DNA of 64,000 bases. It comes from the human T2T-CHM13v2.0 reference genome, Homo sapiens. Shown here piece by piece: positions 55,167 to 64,000 of the stretch (positions are counted from its first letter, which is position 1; each line of letters opens with the position of its first letter). The notes beneath the pieces are model-generated. The model ran no database searches. It was not told where the DNA came from and saw only the letters and a list, made by a program, of their open reading frames with translations. Both the position numbers and the translations under genes were made by a program. Location: NCBI RefSeq assembly GCF_009914755.1, contig NC_060929.1; one strand, written 5' to 3'.

Positions 55167-56134
55167 GGCCAGGTGCGGTGGCTCATGCCTGTAATCCCAG
55201 CTATTGTGAAGGATGCAAGTCAGAGATAACCAAGTCCGTGCACATTTGTATCTTTCCACAATGTCAGACTTTTATTAATGCTATTTCAATTACAAAAGCC
55301 AAGAGCTCCATGGAGTGCCCAAGGAGGCAGTTCTCCTTAGTACTTCCTGTTCACTCGGTAGTCAGAGCCACAGGCACACGGGCTCAAGTCACTCCACAAG
55401 TCAGTCAATTTTGCAAACCATACATAACAGTATACTTATTCAATGTATAAATATTATAGACTAAATGTTCCACAACAAACATTTAACATTAAGAGAAAGG
55501 GGATAGGAAAAAGGATTAGTGAACCAGTCGAGCATGAGTGATGAGACAAAAAGAATATCCTGGTCTGGCCCAGGTGATCTGTTGTTCTTGCAGAGAGGAG
55601 TCTTTGTTGTGGGCAGAGCCTTCGGCGGCATATGCCAGGTGCTTATCACAAGTGACAGCAATGATGGGTGTTAGGAGATGCAGAAGTCCTGCTCTTTTTA
55701 TGGCCACAGAATCCTCTGGTGAGGACTGATAGTGGAAGAGTGTGCTTGGTTACGTTGTTACCTGGCTGGATGCAGTCTTTATTGATCACGCAAAACATCT
55801 GCTCCCTGTTGGCAAAGTGCCTTTTGAAATGTAAGATGGAGTATTTTTCTAAGATGGAGTTACTTATGTCAAGGGCGCTCTATACACTAGCACTTTGGGA
55901 GTCTGAGGTAGGAGGCCAGCCTGGGAAACATATGGAGACCCTGTCTCTACAAAAAACAAAAAAGTTAGCTAGCTGTGGTGATGTGTGCCTGTAGTCCCAG
56001 CTACTCCAGAGCTGAGGTGGAAGGATAGCTTGAGCCTGGGAGTTGAAGGCTGCAGTGAGTCATGATTGCACCTCACACTTCAGCCTGGGAAACAAAGTGA
56101 GACCCTGTCTCAAAAAAAAAAAAAAAAAAAAAAA
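55167..56134 (+). mobile_element. AluJ split by an LTR insertion
   Basis: ggccaggtgcggtggctcatgcctgtaatcccag |LTR| cactttgggag..; TSD gcatagatga (55157-66 / 56136-45). Confidence 0.92.
55205..55886 (-). mobile_element. ERV1-type solo LTR (MER72-like, tentative)
   Basis: TG..CA termini; reverse complement starts tgtatagagcgcccttgacataagtaactccatcttag; minus-strand AATAAA at ~55271-76; TSD ctat/ctag. Confidence 0.7.
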
Positions 56135-56679
56135 GGCATAGATGATTTCACAATAAAATAGGGAAATCCATAAGTGTCAAAAATGAAGAGAGGAGAAAAA
56201 TCTGTGTGGTGGTGATACCCATAGTGTGCTCTGAAGGAATCTGAAGAATGAAGAGACTAGGATAGTGGTGTAATGGGGCTGTGGGATGGTGGGGAGTGAG
56301 TGGAAGGTGGTGGGAGCGGACCTGAGACCAGGTAATGGTGCAGTGGCACTCACCAGGTGGGGAGATGGAACTGTTGCCCCTACGGGAAGCCCAGAACCTC
56401 AAAAGTCACAATTTCACCTCTTCGTTTCAGAACAGAATGCAATATGAAGTTTAAAAAATATAAACTAATATTAGATATTTTGGGGGGATGGAAAATATAA
56501 ATGTCTATGTGGGGAGGACCTGAATGCAGTGGAGGAAGGGAATACATAGGGTGCAGTGTTTAATTTCTTAAGTTTTGTCCAACTTGGGTTTTTTGTATTA
56601 CTTTTTGTATTTGCAAGATGTCTTAGGATGAAAAACTGTAAAGAAAAAATGAAGTTACAAAACACCATATACAGTATGT

Positions 56680-57070
56680 CTGCATATGCGTGTGCACATG
56701 TATGTGTATAGAATTTCTGAAAGATGTGCACTTAAATATAACTAGAGCAGATTACAGAAGAACTTACACAGTAAGATAACACATACAATTTAGAGCATGC
56801 AACACAACACTATTGGTGCTTAAAGATACATATACATATAATAAAACTATAAAGAAATATATGAGATTGATAAACACCAAATTAAGTCTAGTCATTATAT
56901 TTCAGGGGCAGGATGGAAAAGGCACCCAGGGAGGGCCACACTAGGTGAATTGAACATTGTTGGCAATATATTAGCTCTTAAGCCAGGTGGTAGTACATGG
57001 ATATTAGTTATGTTATTCTTCATTCTTTTTTCTTAAATGTTATAAAATATACTTAATACTTTTTAAATAA
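56680..57070 (+). mobile_element. L1ME-like 3' ends
   Basis: aaaactataaagaaa..tgataaacaccaaatt..tcttaagccaggtggtag. Confidence 0.55.
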
Positions 57071-57864
57071 AATATTTTCTGATACTCCTCTGAACCATAC
57101 TTGGACATGCCTGAGGCCTTGAAGAGATGCTGGTAGTCTGATACCTCTAGAGAGTGACCACCTCTGCCCAGAATTGCATCTTATTTTTTTCTAATGCAAC
57201 AATTTATTTTATCAGCAATATTTATTGAGTCTACTATGTCCCAGGCCCTGTTCTAGGCACTGAGAACACAGCAGTGATGAAAACAAACAGAAATATATTC
57301 TAGTGCATTTTAGGTTTAGATAATATCAAGAAAGACGACTCTGCAGGAAAGAAATTGCCGAGATTTTCTCTTTTTTGCTGTTAGTGGATTTGGTGGATGG
57401 GTTGGTAGAGGGTGCCAAAAGGCCTTTTAGGACTAATCTCTGAGAATGTTGCACGCCCTCAAATAAACTTAGAAATCATGGTCAGATTCTGTTATTAGCA
57501 CCTGATAAAGTACACCTATGATTACCACCTCACACGCTGTCTGGATAGGCTTATCAGCTAGGTCTGGAGGAAAATTGGATTGGAATTAAACTGAATATTA
57601 TAATGGTATTTCTCGTATATGTGCTGTCCTGATGAGATATTCTTGATATTATTGTGGTTTAGATCAACCATCCTAAAAAACAGGAATCTGCTCCCCACCT
57701 GTGAAGCCACCTTCATCACCCACCCTTCATTCCCAAGTATTGATTATGGTTTTGTTGTATATCTTATTGCTGGGCAATTGCAACCATTCTTTCAAAGTAG
57801 GAAGGGAGTAGATAGTCATACCTTCTTTGAAGTACAAAAGTCAGTCTACATGCTTGTCCTGTCA

Positions 57865-58258
57865 TGTATTGTCATTTAACAAACCACCCAAAATGTAATG
57901 TCTTAAAACAATAGTCAATTCATTAAGTTCAAAGTCTATAGGTTAGAATTTTGACCAGGGCTTAGCTTGCCAATTCTTCTGCTTCATGGCATTGACTGGG
58001 GCCACTCAATCAATGAATACAATGTTCAAGTTATCTTCAGCTGGTGGCTGTTCGGATTTGTGGTGGTCCAAGAAGCATTCTTTAATGTGTCTAGCAGCTT
58101 AGTTGGGTTGGCTGATGCCTAGGCTCAGCCAGGGCCTTCTTCCTCTCCTGTGGTTTCAGGGCTTCTCCACATGGCTTCTTTGCAAGATAGCTGAACTTCT
58201 TCCATGTGGCTCAGGGCTCTAAGAGAGTGTGTTTCCAGAGGCTAAAAATAGAAGCAAC
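57865..58258 (-). mobile_element. MLT1-type LTR; the host of the HERV-H insertion, resuming at 61489-~61640
   Basis: taacaaaccacccaaaatgtaatgtcttaaaacaa..ctccacatggc; the right part ccatcagccaaagca..cccagattcaag. Confidence 0.75.
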
Positions 58259-58262
58259 TGTC

Positions 58263-60420
58263 CGGTAACTCTCACAGTGGAAGGTAAGCCCGTCCCCTTC
58301 TTAATCAATAAGGAGGCTACCCACTCCACATTACCTTCTTTTCAAGGGCCTGTTTCCCTTGCCTCCATAACTGTTGTGGGTATTGATGGCCAGGCTTCTA
58401 AACCTCTTAAAACTCCCCAACTCTGGTGCCAACTTAGACAATACTCTTTTAAGCACTCCTTTTTAGTTATCCCCACCCGCCCAGTTCCCTTATTAGGCTG
58501 AGACACTTTTAACTAAATTATCTGCTTCCCTGACTATTCCCGGACTACAGCTATATCTCATTGCCACCCTTCTTCCCAATCCAAAGCCTCCTTTGCGTTC
58601 TCCTCTTGTATCCCCCCACCTTAACCCACAAGTATAAGATACCTCTACTCCCTCCTTGGCGACCTATCATGCACCCCTTACCATCTCATTAAAACCTAAT
58701 CACCCTTACCCCATTCAACGCCAATATCCCATCCCACAGCACGCTTTAAAAAGATTAAAGCCTGTTATCACTCGCCTGCTACAGCATGGCCTTTTAAACC
58801 CTATAAACTCTCCTTACAATTCCCCCATTTTACCTGTCCTAAAACCAGACAAGCCTTACAAGTTAGTTCAGGATCTGCGCCTTATCAACCAAATTGTTTT
58901 GCCTGTCCACCCTGTGGTGCCCAACCCATACACTCTTTTGTCCTCAATACCTGCCTCCACAACTCACTATTCCGTGCTTGACCTTAAAGATGCTTTTTTC
59001 ACTATTCCCCTGCACCCCTCGTCCCAGCCTCTCTTTGCTTTCACTTAGACTGACCCTGACACCCATTTAGGCGCAGCAAATTACCAAGGCTGTACTGCTG
59101 CAAAGCTTCACAGACAGCCCCCATTACTTCAATCAAGCCCAAATTTCTTCCTCATCTGTTACCTATCTTGGCATAATTCCCATAAAAACACATGTGCTCT
59201 CCCTGCCAATCGTGTCTGACTGATCTCTCAAACCCCAGCACCTTCTACAAAACAACAACTCCTTTCCTTCCTAGGCATGGTTAGCGTGGTCAGAATTCTT
59301 ACATAAGAGCCAGGACCACACCCTGTAGCCTTTCTGTCCAAACAACTTGACCTTACTGTTTTAGCCTAGCCCTCATGTCTGCGTGCAGCGGCTGCCGCAG
59401 CTTTAATACTTTTAGAGGCCCTCAAAATCACAAACTATGCTGAACTCACTCTCTACAGTTCTCATAACTTCCAAAATCTATTTTCTTCCTCATACCTGAC
59501 GCATATACTTTCTGCTTCCTGGCTCCTTCAGCTATACTCACTCTTTGTTGAGTCTCCCACAATTACCATTGTTCCTGGCCCGGACTTCAATCCGGCCTCC
59601 CACATTATTCCTGATACCACACCTGACCCCCATGACTGTATCTCTCTGATCCACCTGACATTCACCCCATTTCCCCAAATTTCCTTCTTTCCTGTTCCTC
59701 ACCCTGATCACTCTTGATTTATTGATGGCGGTTCCACCAGGCCTAATCGCCACACACCAGCAAAGGCAGGTTATACTATAGTACAAGCCACTAGCCTGCC
59801 TCTTAGAACCTCTCATTTCCTTTCCATCGTGGAAATCTATCCTCAAGGAAATAACTTCTCAGTGTTCCATCTGCTATTCTACTACTCCTCAGGGATTATT
59901 CAGGCCTCCTCCCTTCCCTACACATCAAGCTTGAGGATTTGCCCCACCCAGGACTGGCAAATTAGCTTTACTCAATATGCCCTGAGTCAGATAACTAAAA
60001 TACCTCTTAGACTAGGTAGATACTTTCACTGGATAGGTAGATACTTTCACTGGTTAGGTAGAGGCCTTTCCTACAGGGTCTGAGAAGGCCACCGCAGTCA
60101 TTTCTTCCGTTCTGTCAGACATAATTCCTAAGTTAAGCCTTGCCAACTCAATACAGTCTGATAACAGATGAGCCTTTATTAGTCAAATCAGCCAAGCAGT
60201 TTTTCAGGCTCTTAGTATTCAGTGAAACCTTTATATCCCTTACGGTCCTCCATCTTCAAGAAAAGTAGAATGGACTAAAGGTCTTTTAAAAACACACCTC
60301 ACCAAGCTCAGCCACCAACTTAAAAAGGACTGGACAATACTTTTACCACTTTCCCTTCTCAGAATTCAGGCCGGTCCTCAGAATGCTACAGGGTACAGCC
60401 CATTTAAGCTCCTGTATAGA
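58263..60420 (+). pseudogene. HERV-H pro/pol remnant
   Basis: ORFs 58229-58501 and 58656-59048 are broken by stops and frameshifts; catalytic DTGA and YVDD motifs are absent or degenerate. Confidence 0.9.
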
Positions 60421-61030
60421 CACTTCTCATTCCAGACACTAGACCAAGTTACACTGTGCCCCAAAAAACTTGTCATACCTACTATCTTCTGTCTAGTCAT
60501 ACTCCTATTCGTTCTCAACTATTCATACTTGCCCTGCTCTTGTTTACACTGCCGGTTTACACTGTTTTTCCAAGCCATCAAAGCTGATATCTCCTGGTGC
60601 TATCCCCAAACTGCCAGTCTTAACTCTTGAAGTAAATAAATAATCTTTGCGGGCAGGACTGCTGAATCTCCTTAGGCACTCTCTAATCAGATATCCTGAG
60701 TCGTCCCAATTCTTAGACCTTTTATACTTGTTTTTCTCCTTCTGTTATTCCATTTAGTTTCTCAATTCATCCAAAACCATATCCAGGCCATCACCAATCA
60801 TTCTATACGACAAATGTTTCTTCTAACATCCCCACAATATCACCCCTTACCACAAGACCTCCCTTCAGCTTAATCTCTCCCACTCTAGGTTCCCACGCCG
60901 CCCCTAATCCCGCTTGAAGCAGCCCTGAGAAACATCGCCCATTCTCTCTCCATACCACCCCCCAAAAATTTTTGCCACCCCAACACTTCAACACTATTTT
61001 ATTTTTCTTATTAATATAAGAAGGCAGGAA

Positions 61031-61483
61031 TGTCAGGCCTCTGAGCCCAAGCCAAGCCATCGCATCCCCTGTGACTTGCACGTATACACCCAGATGGCCT
61101 GAAGTGACTGAAGAATCACAAAAGAAGTGAATATGCCCTGCCCCACCTTAACTGATGACATTCCACCACAAAAGAAGTGTAAATGGCCGGTCCTTGCCTT
61201 AACTGATGACATTACCTTGTGAAAGTCCTTTTCCTGGCTCATCCTGGCTCAAAAAGCACCCCCACTGAGCACCTTGCAACCCCCACTCCTGCCCGCCAGA
61301 GAAAAAACCCCCTTTGACTGTAATTTTCCTTTACCTACCCAAATCCTATAAAGTGGCCCCACCCTTATCTCCCTTCGCTGACTCTCTTTTCGGACTCAGC
61401 CCGCCTGCACCCAGGTGAAATAAACAGCCATGTTGCTCACACAAAGCCTGTTTAGTGGTCTCTTCACACGGACGCGCATGAAA
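61031..61483 (+). promoter_or_regulatory. LTR7 (3' LTR of HERV-H) with TATA box (61347-52) and AATAAA (~61419-24)
   Basis: tgtcaggcctctgagcccaagcc..acggacgcgcatgaaa; two ACAAAAGA copies at 61118-25 and 61168-75. Confidence 0.93.
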
Positions 61484-61889
61484 GCAACTAGTGTCGTAAG
61501 TCCTAGACTCAGGTCTGGAACAGTGTTATTCTCAGTGTATTCCATCAGCCAAAGCATTCGCAGACCCAGATTCAAGTGGATAAATATTCTCAGAAATATA
61601 CTGGAGAAGAGAGCTAGTGAGTTTGTGGTGTTCTTAATCTATCATATCATCCCTTCCCACTGTTTGCTAGTGAACTTAGATATCATTGGTATTCCTGGTC
61701 AGACATGGGCTAAGTCCACTCTCATAAGCAGAACTCAGTCAAAGCAGAATAGGTCAGAAGGTGAGTATAATATCAAACTATCTCTTGTAGTGCCTTGAAC
61801 TGGAGGAAATCCAGATAATGTAACACTGGGAGAAGGGTAGCCTAATAGCAACTCAGCAACTTGGGGCTGGAAATTAGAGCCAGAATGTT

Positions 61890-62640
61890 ATTCCTTCACT
61901 ACTGAGTGCCTACCTACTAGGTGCCAGTTATTACTAGACACAAGGGTGAGATACTTATTCTCTTAGATCCGTCAGTCTGTTGAAGATGAACAATTAATGG
62001 ATGATGGATGAATGTTTAATCTATAAAATGTGTCTGATTTGGCAGAGAGTGAAAATCTAATGGTGGCTGGCAAGGATGCTCTGTGGAGTGGACATAAATC
62101 TGATTACCTGAATGGTACAAAGAAGCCAAGGTTGGAAGGAAGCACCTTCTAGGAAGAGAGTGCAGCAAGTGCAAAGTAGAAGGAACAAGATGGAAGTCAG
62201 TGTGTTTTGGAGGATCATGAATGATGAGTTGCAGAAAGTGAAAACAGAGGGAGAGAAAAGTCGTATAATATAGGACCTTGAAGGCCATAGTCAAGAATTA
62301 GGTTATCATTTGAAGAGCAAAAGTGAGCCAATGAAGGTATTTTATTAAGACAGTGGTATAACTTAATTGGTGTTATGAAAACACCTCTCTGGCTGCCAAG
62401 TGGGGAAAGGACTATGAGAGCACAGGAATGGGAGCAAGGACAGCATGGTGGTGGTGGTAGGGGATCCTGGTGAGAGATGAAGATCAAGTGCTAGTGACTG
62501 AGATGTAAACAAGTGTATGGACTAGAAACATTTAGAAGGTAATATTGTTAGGGTGTGGTGATGGATTGGAGGGGGTACAGAGGGAGAGGAAGGCCTCAAA
62601 GGAGAGTCCAAGGTTTCTGGTAACTAGGATACACTGTCAT
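61890..62640 (-). mobile_element. L2 fragments
   Basis: actgagtgcctac..gtgcca; cactctggctgc-like cctctctggctgc; aaggagagtccaaggtttctgg. Confidence 0.65.
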
Positions 62641-64000
62641 CCCACCCTGCCTCATCACCCAACCTAGGACAGAATATTTAGATCATGAGTTTTACTCAAT
62701 TCATCTTGCTTTTGAGAGTAAGTCTTCTATATCCCTACTTGGCTTCTAGAAACACTACCCAGCAGTGAGCCCAGAAATGTTCAAAGACACTAAATATATT
62801 TTCAAAGTGCTTTTCAATTCACTCAGGGAAAGAAGAGGGGAAGGTCTGTTCCTAACCCTTTCACTGTCAGTATATTTAACTAAGCCAGGTAACACGGGCT
62901 CTCCCCTTGTGAGTGTCATAGTACGTCTTTGAAAAGTAGCTAACCTGATCATGAAAATAAAATTGAGAGACTCAGCCTCTGTGGGAGACTCTTGCTCTCC
63001 CAGCCTGCCACAGTAATTGTTCTGGGATATCTCACTTCCCTGCCACATGGCGCTGTTCCCTTTGATTTATTTTCTCTGATGAAGGGACATTGAGTGATCA
63101 CAGCTCCAGCTTTGTGTCATCATGACCAAACTCAATCAATCATAGCTGGGCCAAACAAGCTGCTAGAAGAAAATGAGTGAGAATTATTTTCTGTGCACCT
63201 TTGCAACTCTTCAGATTATAGTTTATCATTCTCATCTGAGGGAAGGGGAGGGCAGACACCAGAATAAAACAGTAGTTTATTGTTGTGAGGAGTGACTGAC
63301 AGGTATACCTTGAAGATGCAGCAGTGGAGGGAAATAAATGTGTTCCGTTAGCCAGACATTGCAATCTCTGGCAAGGAAATGCTGTGGGTTCACATTTTCA
63401 GGCCCTGCTTGGCCTCACGGTTTAGATGGTTGTTGATCTCCCTGTGTAACATTTTCCAGGCTCATGTGAGAAACGTGTACAAATAAATCTGAAGATGAGA
63501 ATCAAAGCACTTAGGTATCAAAAAATCCATGATTCTTGCCTCTGACAAGTAAAATTTGCTTTCAGGTGAAATGCTTCCCTCACCCTTCACATTCAGCAAT
63601 ATGCTATGCTCAACTTGCAGCAAGACATTTTAGAATTATTTCTAAATCTAAGTTTCAAATATGCACAAATACATAGAAATTTGCTGTCAGTGATCTCTGT
63701 TCCATCTGCACCAGACTAAAGGTTCCAAAGACTTTAAATGTGCAAACTAAATATCTCCCACTCAGGGTCAATGCATGGGACAACTCCACACGATATTCCC
63801 TGTGAGTCCCTGTACGGGTGCCTACTGGGTAGTGGCAAGGGCTGACCTTCAAATGCCCTTAGAGTTGTAGAATGCGGCAGCCTTGTTGCTCATACCTCCA
63901 TGAACCAACCTCATATCCTTATTAAATACCCCTTTCCCATCTGTGGCAAGGGTCTGTGGTACCTTTGGTAGGCCTCCAGCCATTCTCAGGCTTATCTGGC

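Larger units (their letters stand above)
58259..61483 (+). mobile_element. HERV-H provirus, 5'-deleted: decayed pro/pol, deleted env, 3' LTR7
   Basis: Protease-like VTLTVEGKPVPFLINKEATHSTL; RT motifs PYNSPILPV.K, LVQDLR.IN, VLDLKDAFFTIPL; integrase remnant; PPT aagaaggcaggaa at 61018-30; 5-bp TSD gcaac (58254-58 / 61484-88). Confidence 0.96.

Noticed and set aside
58242-58251. Perfect MEF2 site CTAAAAATAG beside the HERV-H junction
   Set aside because: An isolated AT-rich 10-mer, plausible by chance in 64 kb.

Overview
Primate (human-like) nuclear DNA that is intronic or intergenic and dominated by interspersed repeats. I can support no intact host protein-coding gene, RNA gene or prokaryote-type system. 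The long ORFs in the track are decayed L1 ORF1/ORF2, MaLR internal ORF, HERV-H pro/pol or Alu translations. The window holds the 3' end of an L1PA, older L1M/L2/MIR fragments, nine Alus, DNA transposons (MER6, MER81, MER63-like) and a dense nested set of ERV/MaLR LTRs (MST, MLT1, MER41A, MLT2A, MER51, MER34, MER11, THE1, MER50, two LTR1, MER72-like, HERV-H/LTR7). The most notable structures are four. (1) A HERV-H provirus keeps both target-site duplications (TSDs) but only 4 nt of its 5' LTR, leaving an LTR7up-like 3' LTR followed by an open frame and a consensus splice donor. (2) A 42-bp inverted copy of nearby MLT1 sequence is pasted inside an AluJ. (3) A THE1 element has an MLT2A (HERV-L) LTR in its 5' LTR position. 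(4) An AluS/AluY chimera retains intact TSDs. Repeat subfamily names come from my recall of consensus sequences, not from a database search, and boundaries of old repeats are approximate.
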